64,000 nt of DNA from Chrysomallon squamiferum. Its lineage: Eukaryota > Animalia > Mollusca. The stretch lies in assembly GCA_012295275.1 (NCBI GenBank), contig CM022667.1, positions 15,252,001 to 15,316,000 on the forward strand, given 5' to 3'. The notes beneath the pieces were generated by a model. The model ran no database searches. It was not told the origin of the DNA and worked only from the letters and a program-made list of their open reading frames with translations. Both the position numbers and the translations under genes were made by a program. Position 1 is the first letter of the stretch. Each line of letters begins with the position of its first letter. Below, piece by piece: positions 1 through 15,947 of this stretch.

Positions 1-589
1 ACCCAATTCTGGGACAGCAACTAGACTGCTACAACTACTAGTGTTGTTGCTTATTATTACTACTACTACAATAATAAGAATACCGACATCAGTAGCAACA
101 ACAACAATAATAACAATAATATCAAAATCAAGAAAACAACGAAAGCAAGTTCAGTAGTAGCATGTATATGAATATATTTTGAAGAGAAACAGTGCTGAAA
201 TAGTAATTATTTAACGATATAATATTATGTTCGAATACTCGAACAACAAGTTCCGAAAAGATAAACGTTTGAAATCCATATTAAAGAATAAATCTATATT
301 GAAATTCTTACTGAAATTTTGTTGTATAAAACGATTAATTTCATTTAACTCTTTTTTTTTTCTTTTCCTTTTAGGGTATCATTTAAAAGAAGACTTTTTT
401 TTTATCATAATAACATTTGGTTGCAGGTTATAATTACTACTTCCACTATTACTATTTTCTTGCTATTATACAATACAGATCCAGAAATATAAGCTTTTAT
501 TTAATTTCTCATCTTATGCTAAACCATGACCCTTCCCTAAAACCAAAATTCCAATGATTAAAGAAGGAAGGAAAAGAAAGTGATCAACA

Positions 590-960
590 TTATAACATCG
601 GGACGTGCTCGTCACCGCCATTGATCCAGGCTTCACGTCGGAGTCTCATCGAATGAATGTTCCTGCTCAAGGCTGTATTGGAGCTGTTCAGTGACAATGA
701 TTCACTCGAGTGATTGCGTCTCCCTAGTTTATCCATCAGCTTCTTTTTGGGATTCAGCTCTGGAGATATTTCTGGCCAGGGCATCAACTATCGATGATGA
801 AGAGTCATAAATTCAGAACACACTCTGGAAACCTTTGGCCGAGCGTTGCTATCTTTGAAAATAATGGTGTGGATGATGTGCCGTGTGCGTAATTAAGACT
901 GGTGCGAATTGTTTTTCATCATCACGTGACATGCAGAAATCAGCGCAATAATCTCCTGCA
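590..960 (-). mobile_element. Decayed Tc1/mariner-type transposase C-terminal remnant
   Basis: The minus-strand ORF has MPWPEISPELNP..LMDKLGRR, matching the Tc1 WPxxSPDLNPIE motif, and IHSMRLRREAWINGGD, like the SMxxRxxAVIxAxG tail. Just upstream, FKDSNARP (~835-860) resembles FQQDNARPH. No TIRs were seen. Confidence 0.7.
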
Positions 961-1420
961 GTGAGTGATATTGTATATCAAGTAATGACTGTCATATTTC
1001 TTTGCATACTAAAAATAAAATCTTCAAGATTATTACCTCTGTTCAAAAGCTGATATAGTATTATCTGTATTAAAATATTTGATATTATTGTTTTATATAC
1101 CACAAAACATGTTATTATAATTTGTCTAATAGAAAACCAGATATACCAATGTATTTTATTTTTATTAGAATACTTGCTATATTATTATCTCTATTACCAT
1201 AGTTCCTATATTATTATCTATATTATCATACTTTCTATATTACTACATTTATTTAAAAAACGACTGACATATTAATATTTCTATTAGGGTAGTTGATACA
1301 TTTTCTTGGTTATCTCATTAGAAATATTATTTTCCGTGAGTATTGCTTCTTGCCTGACTCAAAGTTAGAAATATATTTAAATCTTGATGTTACCAAACTT
1401 TCCATCCCACTCCGATTCTT

Positions 1421-4495
<3,075 letters not shown>

Positions 4496-5239
4496 TTACA
4501 ACGATAACTGTTAATCGATGTTACAAAGATCGATCTTAAAATATTTAATATAAAGATCAGATGAATTCTTAGGAATTCGAGGTCGGTTTTGAAGATTTTA
4601 CTTTGATATCGATATCGAAAGATTCAGCTTGTTCTCTCTCTTCGGCAGTTGCGTATGTTGTGAGAAATGTTTTTCTTGAGAAGAATTAAAAATATGTGTA
4701 ACTTGGTCATCTCTCCTCTCGTCAAATGATTTCACATTTTGTTTTTTGTTTTTTTCAAATGAAAACGCCTAAAATATTTTGTCTCTCCTCGTTACAAGAA
4801 AATAAAATCCATATTTAATTAACCGCTAATTGACTTTCGTAAAGCTAACTGTACATTATAAGAAACTTTATAAAAGGTAGTTTCATTTATTTTCTAAATA
4901 ATTAAATAAGCTTAAAGAAAAATTATGTCTTCTTTGATCAAGTTTCATTTGTCACAGGATGCATTAAATTACCAAAAAACAAAAGTATTATCTAACACTA
5001 TTAACTCGACGTCAAACGAGAAAATATTTTAGAAAACACATTAAGCAATAAAAAGAAATGCATTAACGCAATCACACGAGAAAACAACTTATGATAACGT
5101 GACGGCGATCAAAGGAAGAATTGTTTAAATATACATTCATACTTAATTCACACATACATGTTTAATACATACACACAAAGATACATGCATACAACATACA
5201 AAGTAGTAGTGTCTTTACGTCATAATGTCTGCATGCATT

Positions 5240-5260
5240 TTTGTGTGTGTGCGTGTGTGT

Positions 5261-5350
<90 letters not shown>
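5240..5350. repeat. Compound (TG)n(TA)n(CA)n microsatellite
   Basis: Directly visible. Confidence 0.9.
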
Positions 5351-5810
5351 TATAACGGAGAAAAAACATTGCCTCCACTTTGTCTTTCGACAAAGTAGTA
5401 GTGTATTTACGACATAGTGTGTGTATGTATGTGTGTGTTAGTGCGGGTACGTATATATATATTAACAACAACTAATACTAAGAAGAACTGTGTTTAAATA
5501 ACATGTATTATAATCACATTACACAGAGTGAAGATAAAGAAAAAAAAGAATTAATTAATTCATTTACGTTGATAGCTAAAACAATTAGCATGTTGTGTGT
5601 GTGGTTGTGTGAGTGTGTGTGTGTGTGTGTTTGTGTGTGTGAAACCAGTGCTGATTTTTTTTTTGCGATAGATCGCCTACATAATAATAAACGTGTGTCT
5701 GACTAGAAGCCCAGCTATATAATTCGTTATATTTGAATCACTTTTTTAAAACAGTTTGTAAAGATTTTGTATTTGTGATATTTCTTTGAAAACACTTCGT
5801 AAAGAGAGTT

Positions 5811-5899
<89 letters not shown>
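5811..5899. repeat. (ATT)n microsatellite
   Basis: Directly visible. Many more (AAT)n, (AGT)n and (AAG)n tracts occur across the window. Confidence 0.95.
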
Positions 5900-6696
5900 T
5901 CAGTTTTGTATTACCTTATTTTTCTTCGTTACAACAGATTTCCTTTCCAGAATGAAACGTTCATCGGAACTTTTGATAATTTTGTATTTTATTCTTCGCT
6001 TTCTGTCTTTTTTTTTGTATGAATTGTTGGAAAGAGTCAATTTTGTAATCATAAATAGTTTTCAAACGATTGTTTTTGTAAACCTTTCCAACATAGTGAT
6101 GACAATTTACAATGGAACAATAACAATAGTTCTCTTGTATGATTCAGCTTGAAGTCTAATTTACTATTCATTATTTATTTAATTTACGGTTATCATCGCC
6201 TCTACTTTGTCTTTCGTCAAAATAGTAGTGTATTTATATATGTGTTTTAAAATAATGTTTATGATGCTGTCATTGTGGTTCTCTGAAGTACGGCCAAATG
6301 ACTGCTATACATTCGAGTCCCATCGGCGGCATTTGTCGTTGCGAGGTCGTGACTGACCCTGTGCGTTGTCTACGTAGACGTACAGAAGAATTTTATGTTA
6401 AAAGAGAAAGCAGATTATTCATTCCTGAATACATACATACATGTAAATGTCGCAGTGTTGAAGCAATCAAAGAAAAATGAACAAGAACTAATAGTAAGAA
6501 GAACACTGTTTAAATAACATTTATTACCATCATGTTAGACAGTGTGATGAAAAATAAAAATATAATAATTCCTTAATTCATTTACGTTTATATCCAAAAC
6601 AATTCGCTTTTTTCTTTTTCTCTTTTCTTTTTTTCTTTTCAATTGTTGTTGGTTGGTTTATTGGTTTTATTTTATTTTATTTTATTTTTTATTATG

Positions 6697-6757
<61 letters not shown>

Positions 6758-7517
6758 CGCTGAACACTTTAGTGCAACAAATAAATTAGAAAGTCAAATA
6801 TACTTACCTGTTTCCGGAAACGTAAATGCTGCCACAGGCATTAAAACAATGTAATCACGTCAACAGTGTTATGACGTCAGCCGTATTTACCACAAATGGA
6901 AAAAAACAGTGCAAGTAAAATTAATTTTAGTTTTTACACATTCTGGAATAATTTATTTTTAGTGACTTAGTATTGTATTTCTCCGTTGCTTTGCATTTGA
7001 AATTGTTCCGTTCCTATTCTAAAACAATTTTTAACTTTTCGACGAAATTAACAAGTGTAGACTGCAGGACAGATATGTAACTTCATTTCCTCCGAACTGT
7101 GTCAAAACCTTCCGCGTTAAAACATTAGCGGAAATAACACGATTTGCAGGCATCGATCGAAAACTAACCGTTATCGCCTTGAGTTCGGTCAAATGATCAA
7201 ATACTTCCATTTCACTGGATGTTTATTTTTATTCTACTTTTTGATTAAATGTTTATAATTATATCTATACGAAATTAATTACCTATACCTAAGCTAAGAC
7301 AAAGGTTTAATTTTTATGAATCAAAATGAAAATTTCATACTATTATAATTGCTCTTTAACGGCAATGTGAGAATCTGACGAAGTTATAGTACAGTAGTTT
7401 CAATAAATCTCGAAAAAACTCAAAATTCCAGGAATTTTCGAACATAAACTTGCCATTATTCCACTGTTTTCATTAAGGCATAATGAGAAATATGATATCA
7501 TTTTAATGTGGGTTTTT

Positions 7518-8663
7518 TTATGCAGATTTTACTGCAGTTGGTTCAATTATTTCTTCTAAAGAGGCAGATACGTACTTACCATAAACACGTACAGACTTCG
7601 TGCTTATAGACAAACCTGCTATAAAAATCCTTAGTCGATGACCACTAAGTAAGGCGCGAGCTAAATTATCTACAGAACCATGAATTTGTTCATCAATTTG
7701 ATTAACAGTGAATATTTTAACCCAACAGTCGTCAGTGTACAAGGAATAAGAAGAGTCGTGCGTTGCGGCGGAAATGTAAGTTCCAGCAATAAGATTCCAA
7801 CGAAGAATGTTCATGATTCCAGTGTTTGTATTTCTACGCAGGTACCAATACTGTTGTGATATATATAAAAGATACCGATCCGGAAATTGTTGTCCAATTT
7901 CACTGAAAACGCTTGTCGATATACTTCTTGGCTGTTGTTGTTTTTTTGTCAATAAATACAGTTTTAGAAGACGTTAGAGACGAACCTTCTTCAATCTTGG
8001 AAACCAACAAATTGTAATCACCAAAACTAACCGTACCATAACCTTTTTTCATTAATACTGATGTTCCGTTCGAGAAATCTTTGGCGCACCATTTGACTAT
8101 TAGTGCTGTTTTGTTTATCCATACCGCTTGGCCGGCGATATTTACTGCCACAGACAAACGGTATTTACCGTTAGTGATTTTATTGAAGAGTCTGTTCGGA
8201 TTGGCAGCAAACATGTTCCATGAAGACTCCTCAAGTTTCCAGACAGATACGTCGCTACCTCTAATTTCGTATAGATCCACCGAAAGGATATCTTTGGATC
8301 CAACGTAAAATTTGAACTTAACATTACATGATTTGCTGACTTCTGTGTTGCGAAGATATCTATATGATGAACAATTCGCCAAACAGGAATCTGGAATTTA
8401 AAATTAATACTTGAAATTCAAAGAAATGACAGTGACAACGATAACGAGCAGAAACCACGATGACGGTCAGACACAAGAACCACGATGATTAGCACAATGT
8501 TTATAACATGAAGAATAGCAGGAACAGCGACACTCCAGACGAAGACAATATCAATGACAAGACAAAGAGCGACGAACAGCTATAATAATAATAACGATAA
8601 TAATAATAGTAATAATAGTACTACTACAACTACTACTACTACTACTAATAATAATAATAATAA

Positions 8664-8705
<42 letters not shown>

Positions 8706-9067
8706 GACGAAATACAACACAGAAAACATTATAAAGAAATTATATTAGTTTTCTAAGAATAACTAAATATAAGCAAACAGTGAAGCCGATTAATACGTGA
8801 TTGAAAATGTATACATGTAATAACCATCGTGTGTTAGACACAACAATTTCCATCAATTTATAGTTACACTAACATCATTTCAATCGGTTTTAGATTCCAT
8901 ATGTTTCTTACCTTCTACGATATTTTCACAGAACGGACCTTCGTAACCTGGAGTCAGAAGAAATATCCATTTTCATTTGGAAAACCATTCTTCTTGCATC
9001 GATTGCAAAACAGAAGAGAGATGCATTTCTATTGCTGTTATTGTAGTAGAAGTAGTAGTAGTGGTAA

Positions 9068-9108
<41 letters not shown>

Positions 9109-9703
9109 CTAATAGTTGTAGTAGTAGTTGTGGTTGTTGTTGATATCATTGAATGAGTGCAAAGTTAATGTACACAATCACCAAAATATAATTAGTATTG
9201 TATTTTAATTAATGCTACATTGTGATTTATGATAAAGTCAAAAGTTTGAAGTATTAACTAATATTATACCAAAATTTTATTGATATTCAAACCATAATAA
9301 AATTAGCTAATATTCTAAACTAATACTTTTCATAATTTCGCAGAATGTACAATACTTATATGTGTAATACTGCTGTGTTAAAAACTCCACATGCTGTGTT
9401 AAAAACTCCACATGCTGTGTTATCTACACTGACCATATTGAAAACTATCTAAACTGGTCATATTGAAAACTCCAAACAGTAACAGATTCCTGGACATACG
9501 ATCATTCCATTACACCTTTGATCACTGCCACATGACAAAGCGCAGCGAAAGTTAGATTTCACTGAACTGCTTCTGAAGACGTTTCGTAAAATTCTACTAA
9601 ACTTTTCTTCGGTAACAATTTCTTTGTTTAGTTCAAAAATTGTCTCTGCCGACGTCATTGTGAACAGCAGCAAAACATTGGCAGTGATTACAGTAAACAT
9701 CAT
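7518..9703 (-). pseudogene. Family A copy A2, decayed paralog of A3
   Basis: Exon 1 (9703-~9400, MMFTVITANVLLLFTMT..CALSCGSDQRCNGMIVCPGIC) is frameshifted. The EGF exon (~9004-8912) has lost its acceptor AG and has a 1-nt deletion. Exon 3 (~8390-7518) is frameshifted and truncated after repeat 3. Confidence 0.85.
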
Positions 9704-11247
9704 AAATATAAAGTAATCAGGTAAATAGTGAATGAACGAATGAAATAAAAGAGAAATCCGTTCAAAAAAATGTAAATATTCTAGATACAGCTGAAGAAAC
9801 GTTTTTGAAAATTGGTGGGAACATTTCGTGTTCCGTAGCTTCGTTTTTCAACTCAGTTATTTTAAAGTGTTAATATAAGATCCTTTACATAAATTCTTTT
9901 GTTGATGAAATTACTTAAGAATCAGATTTCAAATCATTAATCTCGAATTATTAGTGCCGTGACCTCTGTTAAGAAACTCTATAAAAAGGAATTTTCAGCG
10001 TTAGGTTCGTTGAAAATTGCTAAAACATCAGATATCTCAGTTTTGACATGGAATATTTTGGCGAGGAAACTCGGTGAGAACAAGGTTTCAAAGGATTAAC
10101 CTGTATATCCTGAAATTTTCAGTGCATTTCCTTGTTAGAACATTTCCTTGTTAGAATTTCCTTGTCTGTGTACTTAGACTCCTTCTTATGTTAGCAAAAA
10201 TTACGTTATTTGACGTTAGAATACAAAAACTTCAAAATTCTTTCTTCGCGTGGAAATAGTTATTATTTTACTAAGGAATGTTTCTTTTAATCTGGAATTT
10301 TAGTAAATAAGATATGAAGTCAAAATGACGAATTTCCCTGAAAACAGGTGTAAATCTATCTTTTACCATTTATTCTTTCAGTGTCGTATTTTCGCCTTAT
10401 TTGATCTTTGAAGCTACAAACAAGTAGCATAGTTGTGACGGAAATAAATAATTGTCTAAAATAATTTTGTTCTTCCGACAAATTCCACCAATGATTTTTT
10501 TAAAGTATACCAACTGATCGCTCCAGGTGACTCAGAGAGCGATTTAGAATAACGTTAAGAATAATGAAAAATGAAAATGAAAGCATTAAATATGCTTAAA
10601 TAATTTTATTCAAAATAATTTAAAAGTCTAAACAAAGCTAAAATTATGTCGGTATACGCTTTGTCTATTCAGAGTCATCAGTATAATCCTTTATCGTTAG
10701 ACGTAATCACAGTTCTGTGTTCAAATCTTCACTCAGACCGAGTTTGTATCAAGCTGATCCGTCCCTGTATTAAATAAAAAATAGATAAATAAAGTAACAA
10801 TATTTTGGAAACAAATTATGGTTACAGTCACTGCGTTATAGAAATAACAATAACAGCATAATCATTCTAAATATAGACTGCATGCATATACGTAAATAAG
10901 TATCTAAATTCGTTTATGTGTCTGTAAATCTGCATGTGTATATATGCGTCTCCACTTGTATCTTTCTATATGTGTATACGAATGTGTGAATTTTCATGTT
11001 TATACATCTATGTTGGAATTTACGTATATTAGTATGCATTAATTCATTCATACATCTGTGTCTATATGTATATGTGTAGGTTTATATCTGCATGCAAATT
11101 TAATTATGACCAATAATCATTTATTTTCTCGATTTAGAACATTACTATCATACATCTAATAACGTTTTCATTTGTTCATCTAAATTTCTGTACATAAATG
11201 GTTTGAATAGAGTAACACAACATACCTTTGGCCAGTTCCTTTTCTGT

Positions 11248-12622
11248 TTATGTCTCTTTATTTGCTTCCTCGTCAAGTTCAGTGTTCAATTCATTTTCCG
11301 CTTTTTTCTCTTCGCTGGATTCTTGTTTATCTTCAGCAGCCAGTTCAGACTCCATATCTTTCTCTTCCTTCTCTTCTTTCTGAGCTTCCTTTTCCAACTC
11401 CTTCGTTATCTCATCTTCCGTCTTTTTCTCTTCCTCTGCCATTTTTTCTTTGATTTCTTTTTGCATTTTGTCGATGACATCAGCGGCTTTGTTCAAAGCG
11501 TCAGCTCCGTCAGTTTGTTTGTCTTTGAGGAGGAGGTCTGCGATTTCTCTGAGCAGACCTGACACATCACCACCTCCTAATCCCGAGTTAGATTCTCCAT
11601 CAGCTCCTCCTAATCCCATACCTGATAGACCATCGCCTCCTTCCAATCCCATACCTGATAGTCCATCATCTCCTAACCCCATACCTGATAGTCCATCACC
11701 AACTCCTAATCCCAATCCCATACCTGATAGTCCATCACCTCCTCCTAATCCCAATCCCATACCTGATAGTCCATCATCTCCTAACCCTATACCTGATAGT
11801 CCATCACCAACTCCTAATCCCAATCCCATACCTGATAGTCCATCACCAACTCCTAATCCCAATCCCATACCTGATAGTCCATCATCTCCTCCTAATCCCA
11901 ATCCCATACCTGATAGTCCATCACCTCCTCCTAATCCCAATCCCATACCAGAGAGGCCATCACCTCCTCCTAATCCCATACCTGATAGTCCATCACCTCC
12001 TCCTAATCCCATACCTGATAGTCCATCACCTCCTCCTAATCCCAATCCCATACCAGAGAGTTCATCACCTCCTCCTAAACCTAATCCCAGTCCCAAGCCA
12101 GAGAGTTCGTCACCTCCTCCTAGTCCCAGTCCCAAGCCAGAGAGTTCGTCACCTCCTCCTAATCCCAATCCCAAGCCAGAGAGTTCATCACCTCCTCCTA
12201 ATCCCAATCCCAAGCCAGAGAGTTCATCGCCTCCTCCTAATCCCAGTCCCATACCAGAGAGTCCATCATCTCCCAGTCCGATAGAGGCATCGTCCAGATC
12301 TTTATCACTAGTCAGCAGGGCTACAAGATCAGCGATTTTGTCCGAGCCTAAGCTATTTTTACCATCTGGAGAGAAGACAATAGTAATAACTTAGTGACAT
12401 TTGTCAATAGTTGAAGGAAGTTAAGTTTAATGTTATATATATTAAATTACATATAGTTTAGTTTATTTAATTATTTAAACAGTAATATTAAATTCATGTT
12501 TATTTTTCCTTCTATTGCTTCTTGTAATATAAAGTATATTACTTACCATCATCTTCAACAGTGATTCTGTAACTGAGAGCTGTAGCCACAAGAACACTCA
12601 AAATTAGGATAAAAGAATTCAT
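11248..12622 (-). CDS. Family G copy G1: secreted Gly/Leu/Asp/Ser-repeat protein with Glu/Lys-rich helical tail, 397 aa, intact
   Basis: Coding exons 12622-12547 (cag|ATG MNSFILILSVLVATALSYRITVEDD, signal peptide, G|GTAAGT) and 12365-11226 (stop at 11248) join in frame. Predicted non-coding first exon ~13095-13061 (AAG|GTGAGT). Last exon starts at 10764, with AATAAA at 10610-10605. Confidence 0.85.
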
Positions 12623-12626
12623 CTGA

Positions 12627-12673
<47 letters not shown>

Positions 12674-13060
12674 GTAGAAAGAAGAAGAATATAAAAATAA
12701 GTTCTAATCGTGTATACAATCCTTTATTATTAAAATATAATTATATATACTGCGTCACCAGTGACGACGATACGTAATATAAAAACATAAAACATATATA
12801 TATATATATATGTATGTATAGGTATATGTATATATCATACATGTGCATATCTATTTCACTTTTTTATCTGGCACGGATAGTTCCCACAAATCGCCAAAAA
12901 TACTTTTTTTCCACCCGATTGATTACTTAAATGTTGTATAAATCCTGAATTATAACTTACGATGTATTTCGTAAATTATCTGCTACTACTACTGATAACC
13001 AGCTCGTATTCTCATTTTTACGAGTTAAATATTTTTTTAAACATTGCCAACGTTACTCAC

Positions 13061-13165
13061 CTTATCTGGTCAAAGCTGTAAAAAAGGTTTGATACATTTT
13101 GGCTGTCTATCGCGATCTTATATACTTTAATTCCAGATGTGACCAACTTTCAGACGTCACCATTT
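13061..13165 (-). promoter_or_regulatory. G1 core promoter: TATA box and CRE-like site
   Basis: TATATAAG at 13124-13117 lies ~30 nt upstream of a short exon ending in a consensus donor. TGACGTCT is at ~13159-13152. Both are conserved in the G3 copy. Confidence 0.65.
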
Positions 13166-13701
13166 AATTACCGACCGATGTCGCACTTATCTGCATAAAA
13201 TAAAATAACCACATAATATTAACGTATTTTGTATACAACAATAGGTATTTATAGACTATAAATAAATTATGGTTGCCGCATAATGAACCGACTCCTCTCT
13301 CTTTTGTTAACGAAACGTAACTATAGAATGGTTTGACCACAATGATACACATGGCTGAATCTCTTGTTATTTCTACGGCGTCACGTTTTGCTGTATCATC
13401 TGATTAAATTACGTGTGAGTGATCACTGTTAAGAGAAAAACTACATGCCAGTTGACTTCGAAGACTCGTGTTTTATTTTGCTCGTTAATCTTAGATTTTA
13501 AAACAGTATTTTTCTTCAATTGTATCAGCTTTAAGTTTGGTTATTGTCGTTGTTATGGTATTTTGTGATGTAGAAGCTGATGATGATGACGATGGTGATG
13601 ATAACATTAATGGTTAATTGAGCAGTGAGTGTTGACTGTTAATAGAATTCCATAGTGATAATTAATTTTATTTCGCTCGTTAAATTATGTTGTATAATGA
13701 A

Positions 13702-13703
<2 letters not shown>

Positions 13704-13787
<84 letters not shown>
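13704..13787. repeat. (AG)n microsatellite between the divergent G and H genes
   Basis: Directly visible. The equivalent (CT)n lies at 52909-52990 in the second pair. Confidence 0.95.
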
Positions 13788-13793
<6 letters not shown>

Positions 13794-14644
13794 ATTCAGT
13801 GACAATATAAAAAAATATAAAAAAATAAAAAAAATAAAAAAAAATTAAAATAAAAACATTACAATATCGAATACTGGAGCTAGTGAAAAATTATACAAAA
13901 CAAAACAAAATTAGCGACAAAGAACAACACACATGATCAGTCTAGTCACACAGACACAAACACACATTCCACCTACACCCACACACAAATTATATGAAAA
14001 CCTAGAACACAACAGCAAAATGAATTAGCATAACATGGAGAACAAAAAAGAATATGAAAAGGAGAGAAAAATTAGTCAGTCACAAAATGTTTGTAGCATT
14101 ATGTTTTTTTTGTATTACATAACAACAGCATCTGTTTTCGTGCCACTTTACTATGAAAGGACGAAGGTTTTGAACTTGACTTCTATAAATCTCACAGCCA
14201 ACCAAGTGCTAATGTGATTGTTTATATAGTTTGTTCTGGATGGGTATTGTTATTATTATTTTATTATATTTTTAAAGTATTCCATTTTATATCATAATTG
14301 TAATTATTTTAAAGTCAGGTGTGATTGTTAATTATATACATTAATTTACATTTTTATTGCTGTTGTAGTAGTTGTAGTTATCATTGATTACAATGATTAA
14401 CAACATAATCAACGTCATCATCATCGTTACTGTTATTATTAGTCGACACATATCAGTCAATTATTATAATAGTATTGGCAGCAGTAGCTGTATTAATGGT
14501 AATCGCAATAGTAGTAGTAGCAGTAGTAGCAGCAGCAGAAGTAGTAACAGTGTGCAATAACAGTAGTAGAAGTAGTAGTAGTAGTGGTAGGATAGTAGTA
14601 GTGATAGTAATAGTAACAGTAATAGCTGTAGTGTAGTAGTAGTA

Positions 14645-14704
<60 letters not shown>

Positions 14705-14814
14705 ATACAATACCAGTAGCCGTAATAAATTGCCTTTTATTCTTATGAACATTTTTGACTTAGAGATAGAGACAGAGGGATATATATACAATATTAATTA
14801 TAATTATCTTTCAG

Positions 14815-15947
14815 ATGTTGTCACTGATTGCTGTTTTTATGATATTCTCGACATCTGCCTTTACATACACAATTACCAGAGACGATGGTCTAGATTTACA
14901 AGATGATGCCATAGATTTAGAAAGCCTATCTATTGATAGTCTACTTGATGATAACTCGAACAATATCGGGTTTGGTTTGGTAGGTGATGGTCTGTCTGAT
15001 ATTGGTCTAGGTTTAGATGGTTATCTCTCTGATAATGGTCTAGCTTTAGGAGCTAACGGTATGTCTTATATTGGTCTAGGTTTAGGAGACTCTGGTTTGT
15101 CTGATAATAATCTAGGTTTAGAAAATGACGGCCTCTCGGATAATGGTCTAAGTTTAGGAGATGATGGTCTATTTCATAATGATCTAGTTTTAGGAGATAA
15201 CGGTCTCTCTTCTACCGGCTTAGGCTTATAAGATGATTCTAATTTGGTTATTTCAAAAAGAAGTAACAATAAAGACACAAAGGACGCAGCAGATACAGAA
15301 ATTAAGGCAGAACTTAAGAAACAGGAAACTAAAATGAAGAATGAAATGAAAACTGGAGAAAAAGAAGAAAATAAGGAATACAAAGAAATGGGTAAAAGTT
15401 TGTTAACCGTTCTTAATTTAAAATAATATAACAAGTCGGAAAAGATTGATATTATTCATAGAATCTTAATGAATGACTACCTGTGCAGAATTATGACATT
15501 TTGTGTTTATAATTCCAACAGATAACTGTAATTTGCATTCGACCTGAACATAGATAACATTTTAAATATGTAATTACATGTTTTAATAGTATTGATGCAC
15601 AAATACTACGAGATTCTAAACTGATGATAAACAAATTCAGATCTTATATTTTACCCTTTCAAATATTTATTATTTTTAAATATTAATTTCAGAAATGTAG
15701 ATGAACACATCTCTCTTCGTAATCAAAAATAAATTCTATAGTGAAATGCTCTAAAGCGTTAAATAACAGATACGGTGTTATGTGAGTATCATTCATCTGT
15801 TTAGTCTTACAACAGTATATTACAAAAATCTTTATTGATTCTCTAGAGAAAAACTACTTGACATGCAAGTGAAAAGGGAAGAGAATCAGTGGACGGAAGA
15901 ATTCGAAGAAGAACAAGAAAAAGAAGATCAGGAAGAAATAGAGAAAT
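14815..15947 (+). CDS. Family H copy H1: secreted Asp/Gly/Leu/Ser/Asn-repeat protein; in-frame TAA at 15229-15231 truncates it at 138 aa (possible pseudogene)
   Basis: tttcag|ATG, signal peptide MLSLIAVFMIFSTSAFT and DGLSDNGLxLG repeats. The frame continues past the TAA into an E/K-rich tail to a donor at 15391. The next E-rich exon is 15849-15947. Possible small exons lie at ~16098-16130 and ~16359-16396. Confidence 0.7.

Noticed and set aside
9371-9420. 21-nt tandem repeat
   Set aside because: It is local slippage in the decayed end of A2 exon 1.
11248-12252. Assigning G to suckerin, reflectin, collagen, shematrin or abductin
   Set aside because: It has no GGY/His/Ala modules, no reflectin motif, no Gly-X-Y periodicity, no Tyr-rich repeats and no FGGMG. 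The similarity is compositional only.
11590-12270. Regular 30-45 nt repeat array resembling CRISPR or a minisatellite
   Set aside because: It has no unique spacers or cas genes and the context is eukaryotic. Unit lengths are multiples of 3, so it is a coding repeat.
11450-12394. Long Pro/Ser/Asn-rich ORFs (also 39373-40389 and 54330-55355)
   Set aside because: These are antisense shadows of the Gly-codon repeats. The signal peptide, splice sites, TATA box and polyA signal are all on the other strand.
13164-13352. ORF conserved between duplicates (53306-53518; likewise 38090/56443, 34587/59942 and 31740/62777)
   Set aside because: The conservation is explained by recent duplication of non-coding DNA, and there are no protein-like features.
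15229-15231. Programmed readthrough or selenocysteine at the H1 in-frame stop
   Set aside because: The codon is TAA without a readthrough context, and the paralog is broken by a frameshift instead.
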